Part shown: in pieces, positions 9,923 to 19,356 of the stretch
Position numbering within the stretch: the first letter of the stretch is position 1
Layout: each line of letters starts with the position of its first letter
Origin: Chthonomonadaceae bacterium
Lineage (GTDB): Bacteria; Armatimonadota; Chthonomonadetes; Chthonomonadales; Chthonomonadaceae
Reading direction: 5' to 3'
DNA length: 64,000 bases
Assembly (NCBI GenBank): GCA_035650735.1
Contig: DASRGZ010000206.1
Coordinates: 1-64,000, forward strand
The notes under the pieces: generated by a model
The model's database searches: none
The model's input: only the letters and a program-made list of their open reading frames with translations
Told to the model about the DNA's origin: nothing
Translations under genes and position numbers: made by a program

Positions 9923-10678
9923 TCATGCCGATAGGGGCCGGTTGGCGCGCGTGATGACTTCAGAGAGCGAAACGGTGCCCGCATAGAGGGCCTTGCCAAT
10001 GATGACGCCCTCAAGGTTGGGTGCGACGGTGGCCTGTAGGCGCTGGAGCGTGTCTATATCGGCCAGCGAGGTCACGCCGCCGGAGGCGATCACCGGCAGC
10101 TGCGGCACCGCCGCCGCCACCTGGGCTAGAGATTGGGTATTGACGCCCTGGAGCATGCCGTCGCGGGAAATATCGGTAAAGATAAACCGTTTGGCGCCGA
10201 GGCGGGCCATGCGCGCCACGAAGGTCATAGGCGATTCGCCGATATGCTCCTGCCAGCCCTGCACGGCCACCAGATTATCGCGTGCGTCCACGCCGACCGC
10301 TACCTTATCGCCATAGAGCGTGAATAGCCCTTCGGCCAGCGCGGCGTCCCGCGCTGCCGCCGTGCCCACGACCACGCGCGCCACCCCGATTCGCAGCATC
10401 CGCTCGACGATCTCGGCGTTGCGCACGCCGCCGCCAAACTGCACGGGCAGATCCACCTGCCGGAGGATCTGGCGCAGCACCTCCAGATTTTGCGTGCTGG
10501 GGCTGCCCATGCGCGCGCCGTCCAGGTCCACGATATGCAGCCAGCGTGCGCCTTCGGATTGCCAGCGTCTGGCCATCTTGAGCGGGTCTTCCGAATAGGT
10601 GGTAACCTCCTCGAATCGCCCCTGGCTGAGGCGGACGCATTTGCCGCCCTTAATATCTATAGCCGGATAGACTTCCAT
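9923..10678 (-). CDS. hisA: ProFAR isomerase
   Basis: PAIDIKGGKCVRL, HIVDLDGA, TDISRDG, GKALY motifs. Confidence 0.97.
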   Translation of the reverse strand: MEVYPAIDIKGGKCVRLSQGRFEEVTTYSEDPLKMARRWQSEGARWLHIVDLDGARMGSPSTQNLEVLRQILRQVDLPVQFGGGVRNAEIVERMLRIGVARVVVGTAAARDAALAEGLFTLYGDKVAVGVDARDNLVAVQGWQEHIGESPMTFVARMARLGAKRFIFTDISRDGMLQGVNTQSLAQVAAAVPQLPVIASGGVTSLADIDTLQRLQATVAPNLEGVIIGKALYAGTVSLSEVITRANRPLSA

Positions 10679-10768
10679 TACTTTCCTTTTTTCAAGTTCT
10701 TCGCCATCCGAACTAAAAATCCTTTTATTCGGCGGCTAAAAACCTGAAAACTTCCAAACTGATACTAC

Positions 10769-11395
10769 TCAGTCCCAGGAAACAAAGTTTCGCAGGATTT
10801 GCAGCCCGACGGCTCCGCTCTTTTCGGGATGGAACTGGGTGGCCGCAAGGTTGCCTCTCTCCACGGCGCAGCAGAACGCTCCACCGTAATCGCTGGTCGC
10901 CGCGATAAGCCCGGCATCACAGGGCACGGGATAATAGGAGTGGACAAAATAGACGTAAGCGCCCTCTTCCAGGCCGTGGAACAGGCGTGCGCCGCCGCGC
11001 GGCCGCAGGGAGTTCCAGCCGATGTGGGGCACCTTCAGGCCCTCGGCTTCCGGCGTACGTCCGTCTTCAAAAAACCCGACGACGCGCCCCGGCAGCACGC
11101 CCAATCCCGGCGTGACGCCCATCTCGGTGCTCTCCTCAAAAAGAAGCTGCAATCCCAGGCAGATTCCGAGGAAGGGCTTGCCCGCGTCAATGGCCTGCCG
11201 GACGGCGTTCCGCAGGCCGCTGCGCTCCAGATTGGTCATCGCCGCGCAGAACGCGCCCACTCCGGGCAGCACCACCTTATCGGCTGCGGCGACCACCTGC
11301 GGGTCGCGGGTGATCACCGGGTCGCCGCCCACGCGCGCCAGCGCCTTCTCGACGCTGCGCAGGTTCGCCATGCCGTAATCCACAATCGCGATCAT
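10769..11395 (-). CDS. hisH: Imidazole glycerol phosphate synthase glutaminase subunit
   Basis: GICLGLQ, PHIGWN, YFVHSY, QFHPEKS. Confidence 0.97.
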   Translation of the reverse strand: MIAIVDYGMANLRSVEKALARVGGDPVITRDPQVVAAADKVVLPGVGAFCAAMTNLERSGLRNAVRQAIDAGKPFLGICLGLQLLFEESTEMGVTPGLGVLPGRVVGFFEDGRTPEAEGLKVPHIGWNSLRPRGGARLFHGLEEGAYVYFVHSYYPVPCDAGLIAATSDYGGAFCCAVERGNLAATQFHPEKSGAVGLQILRNFVSWD

Positions 11396-11409
11396 TGTCT
11401 GGAGTCTTT

Positions 11410-11697
11410 CTAACGTTGGGGCGCGTCCTCTGCCGGCTCAATGCTCGGCCCGGCGTCGGGCTTTACGGGCTCGTGCGCCCGAACCGGAGTTCTCGATCCG
11501 TTGGCAGGCCGCCCAAGACGCGCCTGCAGATGGGTCAGATTGGTCGAAACCTGGCGCGCGTTGGCGTTGGTCACGTTGAGCGCCCAGCGCAGCGCGCCGA
11601 CCAGCGTCAGCGCCAGCAGCAGGACTAGCGCCGCCCGCACCAGCGTGCCGATTTCCACGGTGGGCGCAGCCTGCTGCTTGCCGTCTGTTTGCGGCAT
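11410..11697 (-). CDS. Small single-TM hypothetical protein inside his operon
   Basis: Fills hisB-hisH gap on the same strand; one hydrophobic helix; RBS ggag. Confidence 0.6.
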   Translation of the reverse strand: MPQTDGKQQAAPTVEIGTLVRAALVLLLALTLVGALRWALNVTNANARQVSTNLTHLQARLGRPANGSRTPVRAHEPVKPDAGPSIEPAEDAPQR

Positions 11698-11762
11698 ATC
11701 CGTACTCTCCCGGGAAGGTTGTTTTCGAGTTCACCTTCCTTCCTCGGGGCCGGGTAATAAGG

Positions 11763-12356
11763 TCACAGCACGCCCTTCGTGGAGGGAATGCCTTTCACGC
11801 GCGGGTCGCGAGCCGCCGCCTGGGCTGCCGACCGGCCAAACGCTTTGAACGCCGCCTCGATAATGTGGTGTGCATTCGTTCCGGCCATCTGCCGCAGATG
11901 GAGGGTCCAGCCCGCGTTGTGGGCCACAGCCCGGAAGAACTCCGGCACCATCTCGGTGGTGAAGTCGCCGAGCCGGGGCGTGGGCAGGATCAGGTCGCAG
12001 GCCAGGAAGCCGCGCCCGCTAATATCTACGGCGCAGAAGACCAGCGCCTCGTCCATCGGCACGGCGCTATTGCCGACGCGCGTAATGCCCGCTCGGTCGC
12101 CCAACGCCTCCGCGAACGCCTTGCCCAGCGCGATGCCCACGTCCTCCACTGTATGGTGATCGTCAATGTGCAGGTCGCCGCTGGCCCGCACCGTCAGGTC
12201 AAACAGGCCATGCCGGGCGATATGAGCGAGCATGTGGTCGAAGAAGCCGACCCCGGTAGCGATCTCGCTCGTGCCGTCGCCGTCGAGGGCCAGCGTTAAT
12301 CTTATATCGGTTTCGCGCGTCTTACGCTCTATAATCGCGGTGCGTGGCTGGCTCAT
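11763..12356 (-). CDS. hisB: Imidazoleglycerol-phosphate dehydratase
   Basis: RKTRETDI, DDHHTVED, NAHHIIEA, PSTKGVL. Confidence 0.97.
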   Translation of the reverse strand: MSQPRTAIIERKTRETDIRLTLALDGDGTSEIATGVGFFDHMLAHIARHGLFDLTVRASGDLHIDDHHTVEDVGIALGKAFAEALGDRAGITRVGNSAVPMDEALVFCAVDISGRGFLACDLILPTPRLGDFTTEMVPEFFRAVAHNAGWTLHLRQMAGTNAHHIIEAAFKAFGRSAAQAAARDPRVKGIPSTKGVL

Positions 12357-12367
12357 AACTACCTTCT

Positions 12368-12586
12368 CAACAGGATGAACAGGATTTTGCAGGATTAAAC
12401 AGGGTTTCTAATACCAATCCAACCAGCCGAGTGCCTATGTCTCTTAACTTAGTTGAGTGGAAGGTTTCTCTCTTGGCCATGATTCTGCTCATCAACACCT
12501 GCCTTACCCTCTTAACTTAGTTGAGTGGAAGGTTTCTCTCTTGTCTGTAATCCTGTAAATCCTGAGAAATCCTGTTCATCCTGTTG
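12368..12586. repeat. Inverted repeat built from ~9-bp CAGGAT units, enclosing a 35-bp direct repeat pair
   Basis: 12368-12406 is inverted at 12549-12586; 12441-12475 is identical to 12509-12543. Confidence 0.8.
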
Positions 12587-13870
12587 GGATCTTTCTCTGC
12601 GGACGCCGACAGCCTGGGCGTGCGCGTCGAAGCCCTCCGCGCGGGCAAAGGCGTCTAAGGCGCAGGCGACCTGGCCGAGGGACTCCGGCGTGTAGTAGAT
12701 AAAGCTCGATTTCTTCAGGAACGTGTCCACGTGCAGCGGTGAGGCGAAGCGGGCCGTGCCGCTGGTCGGCAGGGTATGGCTGGGTCCGGCCAGATAGTCG
12801 CCGAGGGTCTGCGGGGCATAATCGCCCATCAGGATCGCGCCCGCGTTACGGATATGGCCGAGCGCGGCAAAGGGATCACGCACCATCAGCGCCAGGTGCT
12901 CCGGCGCACAGACGTTGGCCAAGTCATAGGCTTGCGCCAGCGATTCGGCAATCAGAATGGCCCCGTGGTTATCCAGGGCTTCGCGCAGTATGGCCCGGCG
13001 CGGCAGACTCACAAGTTGGCGCTCTATCTCTTCTTGCGCCGCCTGCGCCAGCGATTCGGAAGGCGTGATGAGGTAGGCGGCGCACTCGGTATCATGCTCG
13101 GCCTGGGTGAGCAGGTCCAGCGCGGCAAAGGCGGGATTGGCCCCCTCATCGGCCACAACGCAGACCTCGCTCGGCCCGGCCAGCATATCTATATCCACCA
13201 CGCCCCAGAGCAGCTTCTTGGCGACGTTGACGTAGACATTGCCCGGTCCGACGACCTTATCCACCGCCGGAACGGTCGCCGTGCCGAAGGCGAGCGCGGC
13301 GACTGCCTGCGCCCCGCCGACCGTGAACACGCGCCGCACGCCCGCCACCTGCGCTGCGTAAAGCACCAGCGGCGACACGCGCCCATCCTTCTGCGCCGGG
13401 GTGCAGAGCACGATCTCCGGCACGCCCGCCACCTGCGCCGGGATGGCCGTCATCAGGACGGTGCTGGGATAGGCGGCTGTCCCGCCCGGAACGTAGAGGC
13501 CGACGCGATCCAGCGGGCGCACCAGTTGCCCGGAGATCTGGCCGGGCTGGGCGTCCAGCCAGCTCGTCCGGCGCTGCTTTGCATGGAAGGCAGCAATATT
13601 GGCGGCAGCCTTCTCGACGGCAGCGCGCAGCTCCGGCGTGATGCGCGCTTCGGCGGCGTCCCAATCGGCGCGCGGCACTTCGAGCGTCTCTAGTTCCGGC
13701 GCGTCAAAGCGGCGCGATAGCTCCAGCAGGGCCGCGTCGCCGCGCGCCTTCACATCCGCGATGATCTCGCGGACGATAGCCTCCACGCGCGGATTGTCCT
13801 GGAGCGTGGTGCGGCGCAGAACGGCGCAGGCGGCCTCATAACCTTCGGTAGCGACATGCAAAACGCGCAA
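12512..13870 (-). CDS. hisD: Histidinol dehydrogenase; C-terminus extended into the repeat
   Basis: YVPGG, GPGNVYV, AGPSEV, QAEHD, APEHL, GPSHTLPT; TTG start at 13870 chosen because the track ATG overlaps the -10 box. Confidence 0.96.
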   Translation of the reverse strand: MRVLHVATEGYEAACAVLRRTTLQDNPRVEAIVREIIADVKARGDAALLELSRRFDAPELETLEVPRADWDAAEARITPELRAAVEKAAANIAAFHAKQRRTSWLDAQPGQISGQLVRPLDRVGLYVPGGTAAYPSTVLMTAIPAQVAGVPEIVLCTPAQKDGRVSPLVLYAAQVAGVRRVFTVGGAQAVAALAFGTATVPAVDKVVGPGNVYVNVAKKLLWGVVDIDMLAGPSEVCVVADEGANPAFAALDLLTQAEHDTECAAYLITPSESLAQAAQEEIERQLVSLPRRAILREALDNHGAILIAESLAQAYDLANVCAPEHLALMVRDPFAALGHIRNAGAILMGDYAPQTLGDYLAGPSHTLPTSGTARFASPLHVDTFLKKSSFIYYTPESLGQVACALDAFARAEGFDAHAQAVGVRRERSQQDEQDFSGFTGLQTREKPSTQLS

Positions 13871-13910
13871 GGCGGCGATTTCCTCTTCTTCTGGCGGCTT
13901 TAACGCTTGC

Positions 13911-13940
13911 ATTATACGGTGATTTCGGCCCGGAAGTCAA
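13911..13940 (-). promoter_or_regulatory. sigma70-type promoter of his operon
   Basis: TTGACT-18 bp-TATAAT on minus strand. Confidence 0.7.
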
Positions 13941-14018
13941 CAGACAGGCCGCAGGCCGGCAAAAGCATGGGTTTTGCAGAGCCATTCCGTTCTGGCCCCC
14001 AGCCCCCTACCCCTCTTA

Positions 14019-14331
14019 ACCTAACCCCCCGTCCCCCTTCCCTAGAGGGTGTTATGCCCTTTTTTGCCTGCTTCGAGAGAGGACTTGGAGGCTGATGACC
14101 GCTTGGTGCTCGCTAGAAAGCGAGCACCAAGCCTCTAATGAGCGGCTGGCCTATCTCCTCAAGAGGACCCAAGTGCATCACACGCTCTAAAAGGGAAGGG
14201 AGGGACCCAACCTGGAATGGTTGCGGCCCTCACCCCCTTCCCTGCCGCGTTAGCGGCGAAGTAGGGTCGCGAGGCGGAGGCGCGAACCGTTGTAGCGCCG
14301 ACCCTGGCAGTGGGGGCCGGGGGGTTAGGTC
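14019..14331. repeat. Family A palindromic repeat carrying a MITE and a 46-bp element
   Basis: Aligns with 4479-4663 apart from the 14045-14187 insertion and a divergent middle. Confidence 0.85.
14045..14187. mobile_element. 143-bp MITE with TA target duplication
   Basis: Termini gagggtgttatgc / gcatcacacgctc; TA on both flanks; absent from the 4479 copy; internal 14-bp perfect hairpin at 14101-14132. Confidence 0.8.
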
Positions 14332-14440
14332 AATTGAGCCAAGTTGGACAGGAATCCTACCCCGGTCCCGCCAATTTGGACACGGCAGGTCAAGAGACCG
14401 AGGCCAATTTAGATTTTATAGAGAGGGCTTACCAAAACGC

Positions 14441-15454
14441 ATGAAACGCCTGAATGTGGCGATTGTCGGCTGCGGCATTATCAGCGGGGCGCATATCCAG
14501 GGCTGGCAGCGTAATCGGGAGCGGGCGCGCATCGTTGCCTGCTGCGATACCAGCATCGAGCGGGCGCGCAAGGCGGCAGAGGCCGCCGGCGAGAGCGAGG
14601 CGCGCGCCGTCACGGACTATGGCGCGTTGCTGGCCGACCCGGAGATCGACGCGGTAGACCTGTGCCTGCCGCATCATCTGCACGCGGAGATGGCGATTGC
14701 TGCCGCCCGCGCGGGCAAGCACATCCTCTGCGAAAAGCCGCTGGCGCTGACGCCGGAGGACTGCGACCGAATGATGGCGGCAGCACGAGCGGCGGGCGTG
14801 ATTCTGATGCATGGCGAGAACATGCGCACCGCCGAGAACGCAGAGCGGGCGGCGGAGACGATCCGGGCGGGCCGCCTGGGAACCATCGTCGGGCTACAGG
14901 CAACCTACGCCCACTGGCAGCGGGAGGAGCTGAACAAGGACTGGCGCACGCGGCCTGCCGAGTCGGGCGGCGGCCACCTGATAGACGGCGCCATCCATTT
15001 TGTAGACGTCCTGCGCCATCTCGGCGGGGAGATCACGGCGGTGCAGGCGATGACGACGCAGTTCCGCCCGGAGTTGGGGCCGCAGTCGGAAGATACGGGC
15101 GTGCTCAACTTCCGCTATGCGGGCGGGTATCTGGGGCAGATGTTCGCCACGCACGCTTCGCGCGGGCGCGGCGCCTCCCCCATGCTGACAGTCTTCGGCA
15201 CGGAGGGCTGCTTGAGCCTGGACGCCTTCGGCGGCGACCGTGCCGTAATCCTGTTTCCGCACGGCAGCCCACCGGAGGTCCTTCTTCAAAAGCATCACTG
15301 GCAGGATACGTTTCTCCGGGAGATCACCCACTTCCTGGATGTCGTCCAGAAGGGCGAGCCGCTGCGCGCCACGCCGGAAGACGCCCGCGAGAACCTGCGC
15401 GTCGTCCTGGCGGCCTACGAATCGGCTAGCACAGGCCGCGAAATTTCCCTTTGA
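14441..15454 (+). CDS. Gfo/Idh/MocA family oxidoreductase
   Basis: VAIVGCG, HILCEKP, GGGHLID..IH. Confidence 0.93.
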   Translation: MKRLNVAIVGCGIISGAHIQGWQRNRERARIVACCDTSIERARKAAEAAGESEARAVTDYGALLADPEIDAVDLCLPHHLHAEMAIAAARAGKHILCEKPLALTPEDCDRMMAAARAAGVILMHGENMRTAENAERAAETIRAGRLGTIVGLQATYAHWQREELNKDWRTRPAESGGGHLIDGAIHFVDVLRHLGGEITAVQAMTTQFRPELGPQSEDTGVLNFRYAGGYLGQMFATHASRGRGASPMLTVFGTEGCLSLDAFGGDRAVILFPHGSPPEVLLQKHHWQDTFLREITHFLDVVQKGEPLRATPEDARENLRVVLAAYESASTGREISL

Positions 15455-15465
15455 GAGGAGCAGCC

Positions 15466-16173
15466 ATGTACCTGACACCGCAGCAAGTCCAGTTCTTCCG
15501 CCATAACGGGTTCCTTAAGCTGCCGGAGCGGCTATCCCCGGAGACGGTCAGCCTGCTGATCGAGACGTTCCAGCGCCATATTCGCGAGGAGATAGAGCCG
15601 GTCGTGCGGGATCGCCAGGGGCGGGTGGTGCGTATCTCCAACCTCTGGGACCGTGATCCGATTTTTCGGGAGGCGCTTACCTGCCCGCAGGTACTGGAGC
15701 CGCTGGAATCGCTGCTGGGGCCCCATATCGAGCTGATCAAGAACCGGCACAACCACGCCACCCTGCGCCTGGCCGACGACGCGGGCCAGTACCTCCACCG
15801 GGACATTCTGCAATGGTCGCGCCCCATCGTCACCATCCTCTTCTACCTGGAGGAGACAACGGTAGAGAACGGCTGCACAGGGATCATTCCCGGCTCGCAC
15901 CTGCTGCTGCCGGGAGTCCAGACGTCCTACGTCGCGGAGGATGCCCGGATCGCGCAGTCGGGCCTGCTGGAGCAGATCGTGCCGGTGCCGATGCCTGCCG
16001 GGGGGCTGCTGGCCCTGGATAGCCTGGTCATTCACGGCCCTGGCGTAAATACCACGCCCAACACCCGCATGAGCATGACGGTCGGCTATCACAGCGTGGA
16101 CGAGCTTTCCGATGTGGAGAACCCGAAGCGCGTGCTGGTGCGCGGAGAGCGCATCTACATGGGCAACTACTGA
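15466..16173 (+). CDS. Phytanoyl-CoA dioxygenase (PhyH) family
   Basis: LTPQQVQFF..NGF, HRD, ENGC, distal H and R. Confidence 0.88.
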   Translation: MYLTPQQVQFFRHNGFLKLPERLSPETVSLLIETFQRHIREEIEPVVRDRQGRVVRISNLWDRDPIFREALTCPQVLEPLESLLGPHIELIKNRHNHATLRLADDAGQYLHRDILQWSRPIVTILFYLEETTVENGCTGIIPGSHLLLPGVQTSYVAEDARIAQSGLLEQIVPVPMPAGGLLALDSLVIHGPGVNTTPNTRMSMTVGYHSVDELSDVENPKRVLVRGERIYMGNY

Positions 16174-16180
16174 GGGATTA

Positions 16181-17446
16181 ATGGAAGAGAACTGGGCAGA
16201 GATAGAGCAGCCGGCAGGCCCGCCGCTTGTCCCGCCGGTAGACCCGGCAGCGGTAGATGAGCATCGGCGCCGGGTCTATCAATCCTACGAGGCGTTTCTG
16301 CGGAACCGGCTGGCAGAACTCAACCGTGAGCGGCCCCAGAGGTGGCAGCGGGACTATTCCAGCCTGGAAGCCTATCTGCGGTCGATGGAACCGATGCGGG
16401 AGCGCCTCAAGCAGATGCTCGGCTTCTGGATCGAGCCGGAGCAGCGCCCGCCGCTGCGAATCGAGGATCCGGAAATCTTAATGGAGGGAGACGGCTTCAC
16501 GGCGCGACGGTTCCGACTGGAGGTCTGTCCGGGCCTGGAGACCTACGCCGTCGAGTTGATCCCGCATGTGCCCGGCCCCTGCCCCGGCCTGCTGGCTCAG
16601 CACGGCTATAGCGGCACGCCGGAACTAATCTGCGGGCTGACCGCCTCCGCTAATGCCGAGGACTACGCCTACCGCTCACTGGGGCTGCGGGCCGTGCGGC
16701 GCGGCTTCCATGTGGTCGCGGTGCATCATCCGACCGGCTACGGCACGCTCCACGACGTCATAGATACGCCCCTGCCCGGCTTCCCGAACTATCCTCGCAC
16801 CTACGGCAAGAATCGCCTTCACCGCCTGGCGATCATGGCGGGCGGCGCGCTGTTTGGCCTGGATATGCTGGCCTCCTCGCGCGGCGTAGACGTGCTGGCC
16901 GCCTCCGACCATGTAGCCCCGGATCGCATCGGCATGTACGGGCTTTCCCAGGGCGGGCAGAGTGCAATCTTCCTGCCCGCGATGGATGTGCGGATCCAAG
17001 CCTCGGTGGCGAGCGCCTACTTCAACTCCCGGTTCGTCAAGCTCATCGGCCCGCATCGCGCCCTGACGTTTCTCGACTCCACCGAGGAGGATAAGTTCTT
17101 CCCAGAGGTTATCCGCTTCTTCTCAGACTCGGATCTCGTCTCGCTGATCGCGCCGCGCGCCTTTGCCGTGGAGGCCGGCCTGAAGGATAGCTCGGTGGAC
17201 TTTGAGAAAACGCAGGAGCAGTTTGCGCAGGCGCGTCTCCATTACGAGCGGCTGGGTCTGCCGCACCGCACTGAATATATCCCGCACCAGGAGGGGCACG
17301 TCTCGGCCACGCGCCGGGCCTTCGACTTCCTGGAAGAGCACCTTTCCTCCTCTACCCAAACCGAATCCCCTCTCCCGCAGCGCCGGGAGAGGGGGATGGG
17401 GGGTGAGGGCCTCTCCCCTCTCCCGACGCGTGGTTCAGAAGGGTAA
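16181..17446 (+). CDS. Alpha/beta hydrolase (dienelactone hydrolase-like); C-terminus runs into a repeat
   Basis: RIGMYGLSQGG nucleophile elbow, LIAPR, catalytic H. Confidence 0.85.
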   Translation: MEENWAEIEQPAGPPLVPPVDPAAVDEHRRRVYQSYEAFLRNRLAELNRERPQRWQRDYSSLEAYLRSMEPMRERLKQMLGFWIEPEQRPPLRIEDPEILMEGDGFTARRFRLEVCPGLETYAVELIPHVPGPCPGLLAQHGYSGTPELICGLTASANAEDYAYRSLGLRAVRRGFHVVAVHHPTGYGTLHDVIDTPLPGFPNYPRTYGKNRLHRLAIMAGGALFGLDMLASSRGVDVLAASDHVAPDRIGMYGLSQGGQSAIFLPAMDVRIQASVASAYFNSRFVKLIGPHRALTFLDSTEEDKFFPEVIRFFSDSDLVSLIAPRAFAVEAGLKDSSVDFEKTQEQFAQARLHYERLGLPHRTEYIPHQEGHVSATRRAFDFLEEHLSSSTQTESPLPQRRERGMGGEGLSPLPTRGSEG

Positions 17447-17708
17447 ACTCTGTCACAAGGGAATGAATTCCCTCGCTCGGTGGCGTTCCGCCCAGTGACT
17501 GCTAGGGTCGGCGCTCAACGGTTCGCGCCACTGCTAGGGGCGGGCCTACAATGGTTCGGCCCTTCGCCTAGCGGCACCGGGCGACAGCCCTCCGCCTCGC
17601 GACACCTAGCGACCTCTACGGGGACACTAACCTTTCGGTAGGCTGTTTGGTGCCCGCGCCGGCGGGCACAGGGCCGCAGGCCCCACAGCGGCAGGGTTTA
17701 GCCTGCCG
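17364..17708. repeat. Composite REP-like cluster with nested 46-bp elements (17498-17613)
   Basis: Arms similar to 25301-25343 and 9542-9581. Confidence 0.75.
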
Positions 17709-17759
17709 CTTGCCAACCGCCCATCGCACAACAGGCGCGAGGTCTGCTGAGGGTAAGGG

Positions 17760-19259
17760 CTACCCCAGCTTAATCAACTGCTTGGCTTCCCGGTACTCGC
17801 TCTCAGGCTTGATCACGCGCGGCAGCCCCTCCACGTACAGCCCTGTCTTCTGGTCATGCTTCTTGACCAGGTTATGCCCGTAGAGGCGGAAGAAGGCCGT
17901 CAAGAGGTTATTCTGAAATACCGGACGTACGATCCGACCCCAGCTATAGACCCTGCGCATCGCCGCGAACGTCTCCACCTGCAATTCATACGGGCTCATG
18001 TTCTTGGGCCAGTAGACCGTATGGTGGGCGTCGTAGCGGCTCCAATCATAATCGAAGATGCGGCCCTGCTCGTGCAGTTGCTGGAAGTAGCGCGTGCCCG
18101 GCAGAGGCGTCAGGATCATGAACTGGACGGTGCTGATGTCGTTCTTAATCACGAAATCGGCAGTATAGCGGAGCGTCTCGGCGGTATCGCCGTCCGCGCC
18201 AAACACGAACATGCCGTGCGCCCGGATGCCGTACTCCTTCAATATCTTGATCGCCTCCACGATCTGTTCGATGCTCTGCTTCTTGTTGTACTCCTTGAGC
18301 GTAGCCTCGTTCACCGATTCAAGCCCCAGGTAGAGCATCATGCAGTTGGTGCGCCGCATCAGCTCCAACAACTCCCGGTCGCGAACGATCTCGGTGGCCC
18401 GCACCTGCGCCGTCCAGGCGTTGGGCACCACTTCGGCGCGGATCATGTTCTCCAGAAGCTCCTTCGTGCGCTTATTGTAGGCGTTGAAGTTGTCATCGTA
18501 GAAGAACAGGGACGAGGCCTTTTTAAGCTTGCCGCTATCGCGCAGCTTTCGCATCTCGCTGATGACGCTGCGCGGGTCGTCGGGATCAATCGAGCGGTAG
18601 CGCATCTTCTGGCTAAACATCTCGATGACCGAGCAGAAGGTGCAATCGAAGGGACAGCCCCGCGAAGTCACAATCGGCGCGATATGCATTCTTTCCTTGC
18701 CGACGATACACTCCAGGTCCGGGAACGGCAGCTCGTCAATGTTCTGGACGGTCTTGTGGTAGTCAATGCGCTCGCTGAAACTGTTGCGCAGCCGCGTGCC
18801 CAGAATGGGCGGCGGCACTTCGCCCTCCTCATAGCTTTGCATCAGTGGCAGAATAATGCTTTCCGCCTCGCCCTGGATCACGTGATCGCAGACCGGGAAC
18901 GGAATGTTCCACTGCTGGCAGAACGTTTCGTTGAACGGCTCCTCCGGCATGAAAGTCACGTGTACGCCGCCGATGACGACGACCGCCTGAGGATTTTTTT
19001 GCTTGACCAGCGCGCCGAGCCGATAGGCGGCTAGCGCCGTCGAAGTCGTCGTCGAGATGCCCACAAAGTCGGCCCGGCATACATCGTCGTAATCAATGGG
19101 TGCCATATCTTCACAATAGATGGTGATATCCTGGTACCCACCTTGCTTCATGATGGCTGCCAACTGCGGCAGGCCCAGACGCGGCAGCGCCACCCGGCTA
19201 TAGACGTGATAGCCTGGTGCCCGCGGTTCGACGAGGACGATCCTGTTGATTCGCTTCAA
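17760..19259 (-). CDS. B12-binding domain radical SAM protein
   Basis: SRGCPFDCTFC (CxxxCxxC), VVIGGVH, DDNF, TPLPGT; TTG start with RBS. Confidence 0.93.
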   Translation of the reverse strand: MKRINRIVLVEPRAPGYHVYSRVALPRLGLPQLAAIMKQGGYQDITIYCEDMAPIDYDDVCRADFVGISTTTSTALAAYRLGALVKQKNPQAVVVIGGVHVTFMPEEPFNETFCQQWNIPFPVCDHVIQGEAESIILPLMQSYEEGEVPPPILGTRLRNSFSERIDYHKTVQNIDELPFPDLECIVGKERMHIAPIVTSRGCPFDCTFCSVIEMFSQKMRYRSIDPDDPRSVISEMRKLRDSGKLKKASSLFFYDDNFNAYNKRTKELLENMIRAEVVPNAWTAQVRATEIVRDRELLELMRRTNCMMLYLGLESVNEATLKEYNKKQSIEQIVEAIKILKEYGIRAHGMFVFGADGDTAETLRYTADFVIKNDISTVQFMILTPLPGTRYFQQLHEQGRIFDYDWSRYDAHHTVYWPKNMSPYELQVETFAAMRRVYSWGRIVRPVFQNNLLTAFFRLYGHNLVKKHDQKTGLYVEGLPRVIKPESEYREAKQLIKLG

Positions 19260-19356
19260 CCCTCTTCTCCTTCCCGTGTGAGAAAGCCCCATGTTGCCGC
19301 GCGGCCGCACGAGGCGACTCGTACCAGCGGGATCTTCTCTGACATGGCAAACTGCG

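Noticed and set aside
14138..14440. N-terminal extension of the Gfo/Idh/MocA ORF
   Set aside because: Translates repeat and MITE DNA; family homology starts at 14441
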